Assembly: GCF_001194135.2 (NCBI RefSeq)
Contig: NC_068992.1
Location: 56,409,407 to 56,473,406 of the forward strand
Length of the DNA: 64,000 nt
Reading direction: 5' to 3'
DNA from: Octopus bimaculoides
Taxonomy: Eukaryota
Shown in pieces: positions 13,600 to 26,522 of the stretch. The notes beneath the pieces were generated by a model. That model was not told the origin of the DNA, ran no database searches, and saw nothing but the letters and a program-made list of their open reading frames with translations. Positions within the stretch are counted from its first letter, which is position 1, and each line of letters begins with the position of its first letter. The position numbers and the translations under genes were made by a program.

Positions 13600-13830
13600 C
13601 TCACATATACACATACATATGCGTACATATACACAGATACATAATATATATAAGCATGCATATAAATATATGCTTATACATGTACGTGTGTGTGTGTGTG
13701 TGTTTGTATCGTCTGACAGACTAGATTGGAGACCGACATTATATTGGAAAGCAGAAAAGTACGAACGCCCTGAAAACAATATATACTGAGGTAAACTATG
13801 TGGTTAATGATACTCGTTTAACGAGAGCTC

Positions 13831-13862
<32 letters not shown>

Positions 13863-13929
13863 TGATAATACTAATAATAGTAATAATGAGACGTGGATCC
13901 AACTTGTACAAATGCAAAGCAAAAGTCAA

Positions 13930-13932
13930 ACA

Positions 13933-13987
<55 letters not shown>
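13930..13987. repeat. (AAT)n microsatellite
   Basis: Directly visible; a second AAT tract lies at about 13831-13888. Confidence 0.95.
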
Positions 13988-14812
13988 TTTCTTTATTGAC
14001 CACAAAAGGTTTATACCAAGAAAAGCATTATGGACGGTACAGGACAAAGCATTGAAAGTGTGTATATTTGTGTGTGCTTGTGTCTTGTGAAGGTTTTGTG
14101 TGTAAGCAGATTTAACTTAAAAACAAACATTTTAACAACGTGTAATCCTCAACAGGGAGAAGTTCATGATAAACCACGGTGCCCTGAACTCTGTGGCAGG
14201 TGCCTTTTCTCAGTTCTTTACCTCCGATTACAAGAATATGCTCAGGGCAGGCCCGTTTACTCGCAGCATTCTCGTCACTCTTATCCACCTTTCAACAAAA
14301 TGGATAGAGGCGACACTTCTCTCTCTACCCTTATTGGCCAAAAAAAAAAAAAGTATTTGTCTTCAGCCCCTTCAATATCATCCACCATAAAAACTCTTTC
14401 ATCATGACCGCCAGGTATATAAAGACTGCCTGCTCTTCCCGATTAAAGCAAGGCGGCAGAGCGATCTTCACGATGGATTCATTTGATAGCCGGAGCCGAC
14501 CCACATGCGACAGCAGGTTTTCGACATAAGCCTACTAGTCACACAAATCTTGGGCACTGGAAGAATGCATGCAGGACGGTTTCGTCATTCTGTGCGCATC
14601 TCGGACATCGTTGGCTGACAGCACTTCTGTGCCTGTAAAATTTATCGTGAAAAAGCAAAGCTCCCCGGTAGCACTGCCAAGCCAGGGATTTCTGGAAGTT
14701 ATCCATCAGTCCGGAGCCGAAATTTCTCCGCAAGAGAGCAGCTACCTGATTGTCTTCCACGATCAAGATTTCCCCAAGAGTGGCATCGTACTTTCCCACC
14801 ACTTATCCTCTA
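13988..14812 (-). mobile_element. Tx1/L1-clade LINE, 5'-truncated 3' end (zf-RVT region plus 3' UTR)
   Basis: Minus strand LAWQCYRGALLFHDKFY...RCPRCAQNDETVLHAFFQCP is the C-terminal CCHC zinc knuckle of L1/Tx1 ORF2. It continues in other frames to ERWIRVTRMLRVNGPALSIFL*. AATAAA at 13997-13992 precedes (ATT)n. Confidence 0.85.
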
Positions 14813-14819
14813 ATAACAA

Positions 14820-15245
14820 AAGCAATAATGATAATATGGAGCATAACAAGTCAAATAATACAATAATAAACAAGGAAGATTGAATTTACATACTTATTGA
14901 CCCATCATGTCCGTTTGATTTGAGATTGTGAAGAAAGCAGATGAAAAGCTGAAAAAGTACAACACCCGTAATTTGAGATTGCGAGGATTTGGAACATGAA
15001 ATTTGTGAAGATTGAACATGTAATAATTATTACAGTAGTGAGTGTTGAGGACGAAATAGACTAATGAATAAAAGAGATTGGAAAGGAGTGTCCCGTAGAG
15101 GTTTGCTTCTAAGGAACAGGAAAGATCATCAGAAGTGTTTTGAATGCTTGACGGCTGATTGAAATTAAGTGAATATTTAAGGTTACAGGTAGTAACAAGA
15201 CGATAGCCACATAAATTCTGTCAAAAATAAGATCAATCCCAGGTC
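14820..15245 (+). mobile_element. Old R4/Dong-clade non-LTR 3' remnant (RLE domain)
   Basis: Reads MEHNKSNNTIINKED*IYILIDPSCPFD...FEIARIWNMK...LLLGTGKIIRSVLNA*, matching the EHRKPDIV..D.ACP...ALLGTARILRKVL end of the copy at 49341-50663. Ends in (CAA)n(TAA)n. Confidence 0.7.
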
Positions 15246-15287
15246 AATAACAACAACAACAACAACAACAACAATAATAATAATAAT

Positions 15288-15499
15288 CCTTTCTACTAAA
15301 GTCACAAGGCCTGAAGTTTTGGGAGAGGGGATAGTTTTAGTCGATAACATCCACCTCAGTTTTCAACTGGCACTTATTTTACCAACTCCGAAAGGATGAC
15401 AGGCAAAGTTGACCTCGGTGGAATTTGTGATTAGAAGACTGACGCAATGCCGCTAAACATTTTGCCCGGCGTGCTAACGATATTGCCAGCACGTCGCTT
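15288..15499 (-). mobile_element. SINE family B, near full length
   Basis: Reverse complement of the family B head, central TTGCCTGTCATCCTTTCGGAG and 3' GGCCTTGTG...AGTAGAAAGG followed by (ATT)n. Confidence 0.85.
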
Positions 15500-15822
15500 T
15501 TAATAGTACAAATATTAACAATAATATGTCCACAGACTTTTTAATGGAAGACACAGTATTTGTTTGCTACTTGCGAAGTATTGATTTGTAGAGCTTATTG
15601 ATGTCTTAGTATATATAACTAATAAAGCAGTAGGGCCTATTGCACTGAACATGTCTATACTTTCAATCAATAGATGGAGTCGATTACATCTTATAATTGA
15701 CTGGTACAGTAGCAAATTATAAAATTCCCCCATACATATAAATACATGTATGTAGTTACTTTTGTTAATATACACATAGACATTCATGTACATATACATG
15801 CATATATGTTTGCTTTACTTTC

Positions 15823-15867
<45 letters not shown>

Positions 15868-16031
15868 NNNNNNNNNNTCTCTCTCTCTCTCTCTCTCACT
15901 CTCTCTCTCTCTCTATATATATATATGGGTGGGAAGACAAACGATAGAAAGACGCCCATCAAATATTTAGTAGGAGTTACATATATTATTCAAAGCAGTT
16001 TGATTTGGCAGAGGCTGAATCAAACTGCTTA

Positions 16032-16032
<1 letters not shown>

Positions 16033-16108
<76 letters not shown>

Positions 16109-16125
16109 TAATCATAATAATAATC

Positions 16126-16174
<49 letters not shown>

Positions 16175-16205
16175 TAATATTAATAATAATAATTGTAATA
16201 ATAAT
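16033..16205. repeat. (AAT)n microsatellite
   Basis: Long AAT run with few interruptions. Confidence 0.97.
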
Positions 16206-16224
16206 GGTAATAAAAAAAGAATAA

Positions 16225-16545
16225 TAACAAGAGCGCAAACCACGGCCAAGGCAACACCAGCGTCCTCTCAGTGATTAGCCGGAGATGATTTTTAAAATGA
16301 GATTATCTGAAATAAACTCGACTGCTCTCACAAACGAGAATGCTAAAAATAAACCCGACCGCTGTCAAAAATTAAGTAAAAAGCCGGAAAAATAATCCAG
16401 AATCCTTGTCCGGTACCGGATCGATCCCCAAATCTAATCAGTTTGTGCTAGTCACGAGGCTAAACATTCCTTTAAGTTTCATCCGAGTCCATCCATCCAA
16501 CGGTTCTTGAGATATCTTGTCCACAGAAAAAAAAAACAGTCAACG
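16225..16545 (+). mobile_element. Probable non-autonomous Helitron/Helentron-type (HINE-like) element, partial
   Basis: Begins TAACAAGAGC and contains TTTCATCCGAGTCCATCC...CGGTTCTTGAGATATC, phrases typical of HINE-like repeats, plus the palindrome TCCGGTACCGGA at 16409-16420. No terminal hairpin seen; recognition is from memory. Confidence 0.45.
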
Positions 16546-16686
16546 CCATATAGAGTTTCATATATCACGCACTCAGTACATCGTGGATTTTTCTGGCTGA
16601 TATATGTAAATTTATATCGCGGACTCCTCAGTATATCGTGGGCTTCTCCAGCTGACAGATATCTATATTTTTCTAGNNNNNNNNNN

Positions 16687-16837
16687 AAAAAAGGTCGTCA
16701 GAATTTTGGAAAAAAATCCTTTTATTTCTTCATTATTATTAGCGCTTTCGTTCGTTTCTCGAACTCGTCAAGTAAAATTGTGTAAATTTTATTGGACGTA
16801 ATTTTATTGTGTAAATTTTATTCTGACGACCTTTTTT
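16687..16837. repeat. 151-bp segment bounded by a perfect 17-bp inverted repeat (MITE- or subTIR-like)
   Basis: AAAAAAGGTCGTCAGAA (16687-16703) / TTCTGACGACCTTTTTT (16821-16837). Confidence 0.6.
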
Positions 16838-17459
16838 CTCTCAGTACTCAATTTCTGTACATCACACCTAACACACACACACACACACACACTTTTGTAT
16901 GTATATATCCCACGTGTATATATGCACATACAAATACACACACATACACACATGAAACATATACATATACAAATAGATAAATAGATAGCTAGATAGAAAG
17001 AGAGAGAGAGAGAGAGTGAAAAAGCAAGATATGGGAGAGGCGTATAGCAGTTGCGTTTGCATATTTGTTTGTGTGAGTCGTTCCAAAAACGAAATTATAT
17101 TGAAGTCGATGGATAACCACTCATGCGAAATACTTCTCTTCTTGATTCTTTCCTCATGAAATTTTCATCTTCCAGAACAAAAGCAAAATTATATATTAAG
17201 TTTTAATACGTAATGAAGTTTTGTAAATACAAGGTTAATCTTTCTTAATTTCGTTTCAAATATTCTTTTGAAGTCAATGGCAAAACACCAATTATTTTTT
17301 AAAATCTATTTTTCGAAAAACATTATGCGCTTTCATATGTATAGAAAACCACATATATGTATGTATGTATGGCCATGCATAAATGTATGCATGTTCATGC
17401 ATGAATGTAACTGTGTTTGAATGCACACACACACGCGTGTATGTATGTATGTATGTCGG

Positions 17460-17487
<28 letters not shown>

Positions 17488-17490
<3 letters not shown>

Positions 17491-17948
17491 GGGTTGGACA
17501 AAATAATGGAAACACCTTAAAATTTCAAACCAATTCTATGAGGTGTGGTCGTGTACAAAGTTTGAATTGTTTCCAAAGGAATTTTAGTCCATTCTGCGGC
17601 TAAAACAGTCTCCAGTTCTTGTAGTGATGGTCTCCTCGCGTATACTCAGCCGGTGGTCGGAAATAAGGTAAAGGATGACTCGTCCCAGAAAATAACACTC
17701 TGCCGTGATTTTGGGAGCTGTACTTTTGTGATCCTTTCTAACAATTCTCGTAAGAGTCCGACGGTCCCCATCTAAAAGTTTTGATTTTCTTCCGGAGTTT
17801 TGTTTCGACGAGAAGGTTTTTCCCTCTTTCTCAAAGGCTGTCATTACTTTCGAGACATTTCTTCTTGATACATCAAACATTTTGGCTGTTTTCGTTACGC
17901 TAGTGCCTGCCATACGAACACCGACAATTTGACCTCTTTGAAAGTCCG
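17488..17948 (-). mobile_element. Tc1-family element, internally deleted, with one TIR
   Basis: TA followed by CAGGGTTGGACAAAATAATGGAAACACCT (TIR, 17488-17516). Minus strand reads SDFQRGQIVGVRMAG...SGRKSKL...RIVRKDHKSTAPKITAE, then VIFWDESSFTLF (first D of DDE), then LQELETVLAAEWTKIPLETI. Confidence 0.9.
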
Positions 17949-18043
17949 AAGTCCTGGAGTCGATTTGTTCCACTAAAGGCGGTGCTCCAGCATGGCCACA
18001 GTCAAATTACTGAAACAAATAAAATAATAAAAGAATAAAAGAA
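17949..18043 (+). mobile_element. SINE family A, 3' tail fragment
   Basis: AAGTCCTGGAGTCGATTTGTTCCACTAAAGGCGGTGCTCCAGCATGGCCACAGTCAAATTACTGAAAC followed by AAAAGAAT repeats. Confidence 0.9.
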
Positions 18044-18639
18044 TATACATATATGTATATTTATACATATGCATGTATGTATCAATTTATTATCAGACGA
18101 TACCTCATGAAAACTATATTACACATACACACTTACGGACGCGCACACGCGCACACAGATACACACACATATATGTCTATATGTGTGTGTTTGTGTGTTT
18201 GTGTGTGTTTGTGTGTGTGTTTGTGTGTGTGTGTACGTGTTTGTGCGTGCGTGTGTGTGTGTGTGTGTGCGTGTGCGTGTGTGCATGTGCGTATGCGCGT
18301 AAGACGATCAAGGCGCACATATGCCAAAGAAAACGTTCAGCTTGAAAAATGACACGTGTAGAAAGATTTAATTCCTGAATAATTTCGTTTGACATTTACA
18401 TTGACACAAGAAGCTATAAGTGGGACCGATAGTAGCATATTACTAGTGTATATCAGAGCCGACAAAAAAACATGTAGGTTTTTTTTGTATACTAGAAATA
18501 ACAGGCAAAATTCTATCAAAGTACACATTATTACAAATTCTTTTAGCGGTGTTCGTACAGCCAATTAGATAAGCTCTTATATTGATCCCAGCCGGATGAA
18601 AAGCGAAATGGAGCCTTTCATCCTTTTAGAACCAACACA

Positions 18640-19510
18640 AGTATTGTATTCTTCTTTGCTATTAATTTAGATGTAAATACCCGTAGATACCACAATAAGA
18701 CAACAAAAATCTATTCTACGTGAATAACAATTCCAATCAGCATCTCTACAATCGTAAAACTCTTGGTAGTAACATTTGTAAGAGATTATCCAGCATATTC
18801 TTCGACAAAGAAGCATTTAGCTGTGATAGGCTTTATTGCAGTGCTTCATAAAAGACGGCGATCCATAGAAAAAATAATTACAATAGATGCCAATGTATAA
18901 AACTGAATAACAATAATAGAAACGTAGGGCGAATGTTCAGTATAAATGAAGCATGCAACAGAGCTAGATACTTGCTAACACTGACAAACAAACAATCTCC
19001 ACCAATTACAACCCACACATGTTGTTCAATGAATGTAATGTAAAAGTCAGTTATAAATGCAAGGACAGTGTTTCCACTTTTGTAGCTGGAAGTAATAGAA
19101 ACAGTAACACATGCAAGCTTAGCAAACACTTCCTATTGAATGCGGCTGAAAAACCGCCATATTCTGACTACACAGCAAGTGCCTAACACATGCAACAACA
19201 AATCGAAGGTGTTACCGGGAACTTGTAATAACAAAATATATACTGTAGTGATAGTCAAGAAAATGTGTTGCTGGTACTTCTACTTCTTCAGATATAGAAA
19301 TAACTGAAACTCTACTTACGGCAATATATCTGGAAAATCAAGCAGAAGTGTTTCAACAGTATCGTTATATTCTGATTTTTATGTCAACGGACGAAAAATG
19401 ACGCTTGCCTTTATTGGTTGAAAAATATATGATTATACAGCCGTCTGAGATACCGATGAAAAAAATCTTGTTTCGAAATTCAGACGCGAAAATAAGCTGT
19501 TTCATATACA
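18640..19510 (+). mobile_element. Penelope-like element remnant (RT thumb, linker, GIY-YIG end), decayed
   Basis: Peptides YVNNNSNQH...NICKRLS, LFNECNVKVSYKC, LRQYIWKIK and SKFRRENKLF match the PLE motifs YV..SNHP..I.KRLS, FN...VKVSYSC, LS.YIW.LK and SKCRH.NK in the correct order. Confidence 0.7.
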
Positions 19511-19777
19511 TACAGGAGAACATCTTACACGTACATGTGAATATCATGTCGCGTGACAATTGACAAATGTCACAATTAACCAATGGTAAGCAAAAAAATA
19601 TTCCGAGATACCTACGGACGTATTGTTTGAATATTAGTCATTGCAGAGACGCTAAATAAACACACTTCTTTCCATATATGTGAAAGTATATGAAATGTAT
19701 GTAAATGTATCCGTATTTATATCTAAAACACACACATACGCACACGCACAAATACACATAAATACACACACACATTC

Positions 19778-19822
<45 letters not shown>

Positions 19823-19909
19823 TACATATGTATGTATGTATCTCTCTACATACATATATATATACATATATAGGTATAAAAACTAGCATTTTCACCCATT
19901 GTATATTTG

Positions 19910-19953
<44 letters not shown>

Positions 19954-20148
19954 TATATGTGCATATATATATATATATATGTATTTATGTATATATGTGT
20001 ATATATATATGTTCATATACATATGTATATTTATCTATATCTGCATATATGTATCTATTTCCCTCTGTCTCTCACACACATGCATATATATATACATATA
20101 TATTGATACACATGTATATATGCGTGTATATATATGAGAATATGCACG

Positions 20149-20210
<62 letters not shown>

Positions 20211-20577
20211 CGCATGTATATATTTTCTGCGTGTCGGTCTGTCTACGTATTTTAAGTGTCTCAGGTATATGTGTTCTAGTTTTAATTATACCTCGTTTTT
20301 AATCACTCAAACACGTGTAGTAATTACACTTATTATGGCGATCAGTTAAATGAGAAACAGTTCGGACGAGAAATAGTTTGAAATAAAACTGAGAGCAATA
20401 CGATTTGTTAATTGGGAAGAAGCCCACATATATAATTTGATTGATGGCCTATAGCTATTTAGTTTTTGCTTTATCATTTTTGAAATTTAGGTTGCACTGA
20501 AATTAGGTTGATTAGAAGATGAAAGCAATGATGCGACCGACGTGGAAATATTGAAGACATACTGGGCTTGCCTTTGC

Positions 20578-20697
20578 ATATAGTAATTAAATATAGTAAT
20601 TAAATATAGTAATTAAATATAGTAATTAAATATAGTAATTAAATATAGTAATTAAAAGATCTAAATTAAAAGATCTAAATATAGTAATTAAAAGATA
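20578..20697. repeat. 13-bp minisatellite (TAGTAATTAAATA)n, about 6 copies plus degenerate tail
   Basis: Units start at 20581, 20594, 20607, 20620, 20633 and 20646. Confidence 0.92.
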
Positions 20698-21449
20698 GAC
20701 TGGAAAGTGCAAACAAAATGGTAAAATGAAAGAGAAGGGTGTGATAAGAAAAATAAAATATTCTGCTACTTATATTAAGTAATACGAAAAGATGTAAATA
20801 ATGTCTTCACTTGTTGTATGATTTGGCAAAAATTCTTCAAAGGAAAAAAAAAAAAAAAAATATTTATTGAAAACAATAACAATTTGGAATGAATCTGTCT
20901 ATTTAACTATCTTTAATTGATATTAAAAATCTTTGCTGAGGATAGCAGTAAAGTGTATAAACAGTGGATTCTCATTAGAAAGCTATTGAGAAATTCGATA
21001 GAATACTGGGTTATTGTAGAAGTCTATGGTAGAGCCAATAGTATGCAGGATTGTTATGAGAAGGAAAGGGGTGAGTCTTGTCTGTCCCAGCGTGGCCACA
21101 GTCCAAAAACTGAAATAAGTAGTAGAACAAAAGAATGAAAGTTGTGTCAAATCAGCCTCCGAACAGCGTCTAAACAGACTCATTCTGCTGACCGACGGAG
21201 CATTAAGTCATTATTAGAGAGACTGAAAAACTATCGTTTTATGTGACGCTGTGTTCATTGTCTCGCACAGTTAATAACTTTATAGAAGTGTATCGTCGTC
21301 TGAAAATCACTATCTTCCACTAACAAAACTATATATTCTGATCAGCTGTCATTCTGTAGCGATTTACACAAGAGAGAGACAAATAAAGTGGATATCGTTT
21401 CATATTTGAGACACAAGTGCTACGAACTTAGAAAATATCTTTATCTTTA

Positions 21450-21520
21450 ATCTTTTACATGTTTCAGTCATTTGACTGCGGCTACGCTGGGGCACCGCCT
21501 TGAAGGATTTTAGTCGAAAA
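21450..21520 (-). mobile_element. SINE A / CR1-type 3' tail fragment
   Basis: TGTTTCAGTCATTTGACTGCGGCTACGCTGGGGCACCGCC. Confidence 0.8.
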
Positions 21521-21591
21521 AATACACTGCCATGTCTGCGATATTTAGAATTAAGTAACTATATCTCTGCAATATGTATCTTTTAATGTCA

Positions 21592-21655
<64 letters not shown>

Positions 21656-23871
21656 TAATTACGGTGTGTCCTATTTGATGAACAGTGATTTGAAGAAAAA
21701 AAAAATATCTGGTGAAGATTCTTGTATGTTGTATACATAAAAAAGATAGAATAAGAAAATTGATAACAATCGATTGCTAGATAGTGTAGAAGCAATTAAT
21801 GATCTGTTTCATAAATATAAGATGTCAATACATGGGGTATGATTACAACTGCTAACTCCGTCTTGAAAAACCAGGAACAACATAGCAGGTCATTGAGGAG
21901 ATCATGTTCGTGAAAAGGGTATTCTGACGATCGATTCGTTAATTGGTTTATCAGATAACTAATTAAGAAACAATGATAAAAATAATAAACGTGAGTGAAA
22001 GAAAGCCACAGCGTGTGTTTTATTGGCAATATGATCCTGCCAACATATAGCAACAACAGCAACAGCAATAGCAGCAACAACGACGTGCATACATGTCAAT
22101 CGAAATCCATCAATGGGTTAGTCATCGGGTGATGAATTTAAAACCGGGTATTTCGAGCATTTAAGTAACCGGAATCACTCAGAGATTGTATACAAATCTA
22201 TGATTATATACATTAATTGTTTATTACTTTCGTATATGTGACTTGGCTGATCTTGAGAAATATATATGTAGACATAGATGCATACATGAACATGTATAGC
22301 CAACTCGCATATCAGATCTCTTTTTTTCTGCGGGACAAACAAAAGAGATCTGATGCGAGTTGTCTCACTTGGCTGTGACATGCTTTCGGGTGTTTTAACA
22401 CCATGGGCATTCAGAATATATTCTCTAACGCCTACATAAAAGCAGCCACCCGACGAACTAACAACACACAGACACCTCGTGTACGAATGTTTGATTTTAT
22501 ATATATATATATATATATAGAGCGCATATATATTATATATATGACGTAAGAATAAATGTATGTAGGTATATATATATATATATNNNNNNNNNNNNNNNNN
22601 NNNNNNNNNNNNNNNNNNNNNNNNNNNNNNNNNNNNNNNNNNNNNNNNNNNNNNNNNNNNNNNNNNNNNNNNNNNNNNNNNNNNNNNNNNNNNNNNNNNN
22701 NNNNNNNNNNNNNNNNNNNNNNNNNNNNNNNNNNNNNNNNNNNNNNNNNNNNNNNNNNNTATATATATATATATATACACCTATATGTATATATACACAA
22801 ATATACATACACACACACACACACACACACATATTTATATATAATATGTGTGTGTGTGTGTCTATGTGTGTATACACCTGTGCATATTAATATGTGAATG
22901 CGTGTGTAAATATGTATTTTAATAGGATTGTCGCGCTGCTTCAAACAATACCTCTCATTCAGTTTATCTTCTGTCATGTTTTACCAAACATTTGATCTCT
23001 CCATTTGTAAAGCATCACACTTTGAAAGGAACCTGCGAGACATCAATATAATATACATATACTGTCTACTTTTATTGACAGACTGATTTCATTTAAGTTT
23101 CATTACAGAGCACCAGCGCTAGCGCCAGCTAAATCTACCGCAGATTCTGTGTTCAAATATAATATATTAACCAAACCTTTTTACTATTATCGATCTAAAC
23201 CTGGTAGAATTCAAGTAGTTTGTTAATAATATATCATCGTCTAATGTATTTCAATGAACATACATCAAAGGTCCTGTATTTTGAAACGCCTCTTCGCTCT
23301 ATCTGTTCTACATTGTCAAGACGTAATTCAGAAATCTCGATTAAAGTTATCCGTTTGATGGTCAACAAAAACCGTGTATATTATAGGTCGATGGCTTTCA
23401 TTGGTTTATGATTTTAACGTCAGCTATTTATGTATACAAACACTGCATACGTAAGGGAGAGGATGAGACAGTGCTCAAATAACGGAACACAGACAAGAAC
23501 AAAAAGCAGACAAAAAAAAAAAAGGTTTTCTGAAGCGATGCAAATATATTTATGAGTCAACGAATATGGACACTTTTGTATGGGATTCTCACTCATAATT
23601 GACGCATATCTAAGTGGGTCAAAGTGTGAAGTATGACCCGCTGAGAACGGCAGCCAAATTTCCCTCAACTCATGTCACATCCAACAAATTTAAATAAAGA
23701 AAGGTTACATTAGGAAATGTAGACCCCGATACACAAGCAATCAGGATTATTACAGTTTGAATGCGTTTACATACATTGTTGAGGACGGTTGCTTTCTTGA
23801 TTGAATAAATAAATCTTTGCATTTCACAGAACGAGTAAACCACGCACACACAGACATACACACATATGCAC

Positions 23872-23998
<127 letters not shown>

Positions 23999-24416
23999 AA
24001 AACACGTATAGTGGATTTCTATCGTTCCTTGATGAGGATTCACTTGTTTGATCAAATGAATTACTCTCTCTTGAATTGCAGTGTAAATGGTTGAATATTA
24101 AACGGACAAGTGTACTCTTAACGTCATTCCCAGATAGGAAAAGCGTGACATTGTGTGTGACATGTCTGGATTTTTTGAAGTGAAGAGAGAATAGAAACAA
24201 GACGAGCTTCATTATAGTTTGCGTCACCTTCTTTTACTCATAACTGATGGGACAAGATGGGGCTATATGAAATGGCGTTTGCCCAAGATGCGTCACACGG
24301 GATCGAATCTGATACTCCGGAGTTGCGAAGCAAATTTCTTAACTATTTACTCATACTGTATCCACACACACACATATACATGCACATACGTACACGCATA
24401 TATATATATATATAGG

Positions 24417-24531
<115 letters not shown>

Positions 24532-25344
24532 GAGACAGAGAGTGGAGAATAGTAATTTGTATTTACCAGGTACTACTCTTTCTGATTAAGAAACAAATCA
24601 ATAATTTGTAAAGATTAAAAGGAATAATCATTAGAATTGAACGGTTCAAAATCCCACAATGATCTGTGGCTTCATTTGATACCTGTACTGAGATTGTCAG
24701 ACTTGTTAAATATTGTGATTTATAGGTGATTGATTTGGCTAAGAGAGTTTGCTTCTATGTGGTACGTAGCAGCAAATGGTTTAAGAAAGTTCTTTCATAA
24801 TTTAGTTGTATATTTTTATATACAACTCTCTGTTTATGCGTGAGAGAATAAAATGTATAATGTCTCTTTATGTGTATGAGGATAGAGAAAGTGTTTATGT
24901 CAATCATATTTAATTAATAAACTGTAATATCTCACCCTGATATTTTTATGTTATGATATGTGGTACATCTAAATACATTAACAAATTAACAAAATGCAAA
25001 TAAAACAGAAACACTCCCTTATGACTACATACCAGTTTCATGACACACACAACCACCAAAATATATAAATACTTGTATCCTTCATTGAAAATTTATTTGT
25101 CTAGAGAGTAAAATCATTGGTCATTCGGTGACATTGGCTCTTCCGTGCCCATAAATACATACATACATAAATACATACATACATACATACATGCATACAT
25201 ACATACATACATACATACATACTTATGTGGAGAAATTAGGATTCTCATAACCAGAAAAGGGGAGAGCTAACACGAAGACTACGTATCCAAATCATTACTG
25301 GAACTGTAAACATTTGTAAACCTTTTGGAGAACTCTTTTTCTTG

Positions 25345-25685
25345 TTGGAGCACCGTTTTTTAGTCGAGCAAATCGACCCCAGGACTTATTCTTTGTAAGC
25401 CTAGTACTTATTCTATCAGTCTCTTTTGCCGAACCGCTAAGTTACAGGGACGTAAACACACCAGTATCGGTTGTCAAGCGATGGTGGGGGACAAGCACAG
25501 ACACACAAATGCATATATATATAAAAACGACGGGCTTCTTTCAATTTCCATCTACCAAATCCACTCACAAGGCTTTGGTCGGCCCGAAGCTATAGTAGAA
25601 GACAAATGCCATACCACGCAGTGGAACTGAACACGGGTTTATGTGGTTGGGAAGCAAGCTTCTTACCACACAGTCACTCCTGCGC
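25345..25685 (-). mobile_element. SINE family A, near full length
   Basis: Colinear with the 405-799 copy; extreme tail missing. Confidence 0.9.
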
Positions 25686-25705
25686 TTATATGCATGTATG
25701 TATTA

Positions 25706-25872
25706 GGGCGGCGAGCTGGCAGAAACGTTAGCACGCCGGGCGAAATGCTTAGCGGTATTTCGTCTGCCGTTACGTTCTGAGTTCAAATTCCGCCGGGGTC
25801 GACTTTGCCTTTCATCCTTTTCGGGGTCGATAAATTAAGTCCCTGTTACGCAATGGGGTCGATGTAATCGAC
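25706..25872 (+). mobile_element. SINE family B, well-preserved copy running into a gap
   Basis: GGCGGCGAGCTGGCAGAAACGTTAGC...GAGTTCAAATTCC (box B-like)...GTCGACTTTGCCTTTCATCCTTTTCGGGGTCGATAAATTAAG. Confidence 0.9.
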
Positions 25873-26482
25873 NNNNNNNNNNATATGTATTAAAAATAAA
25901 AAGAAAAATGAGAATTAGTCACTAGTAGTGGAGATATTGTTTATTTATATTCTATAATAACTATTTAAACACTTTAGCTCCAATTTATCATTATCGATCC
26001 ATTCAAATGTTTAAGAAATATTTTATTCTGCTCAATACAATCCATTGCTGAGTAAATTCCGCCAGACTCGCACTCAGTACCCACAAAGTACGTTTTAAGC
26101 CCACGTATATAACCAATTCTGGAGAACTTGTAGTATGAAGAAGACTGAACACGTTATAAACATCAAAATGTCTGTCAACTTTTCCGTACGTCACATGCAC
26201 ACACATATAGCCGAAGTTCGATGACTGAAACCATTATGATAATAATTTCCAATAACAAAATACAATTATGTGTGTGTATGTGTGTATGTGTTTTCACGTG
26301 TTTATGTGTTGTATAGTGTTGCATGCTTGTATGGTTGTATACATGATGTGTGTGTGTGTGTGTGTATGTGTGTATATCCATCTATTTATATAAATGCACA
26401 TGTGGATGTCTATATTTACATGTATATATACGTTTATATTCATACATACATACATATATACATACATACATACATACATATA

Positions 26483-26522
<40 letters not shown>

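Noticed and set aside
16005-16274. Poly-Asn / poly-Ile ORFs, also at 51411-51783
   Set aside because: Translations of (AAT)n microsatellites; no splice or domain support.
20578-20697. Regular short repeats as a possible CRISPR-like array
   Set aside because: Head-to-tail 13-mers without spacers; ordinary minisatellite in eukaryotic DNA.
24804-24827. 10-bp perfect hairpin AGTTGTATAT-TTTT-ATATACAACT
   Set aside because: Short and AT-rich; expected by chance at this composition.
24560-24900. Possible third Penelope GIY-YIG remnant on the minus strand
   Set aside because: Only faint motif echoes (NH..., LAKSI, DLFLNQK); too degraded to support without a profile search.
25706-25800. tRNA-like sequences with box A/B (all SINE heads)
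   Set aside because: No complete cloverleaf and they continue into SINE bodies; not tRNA genes.
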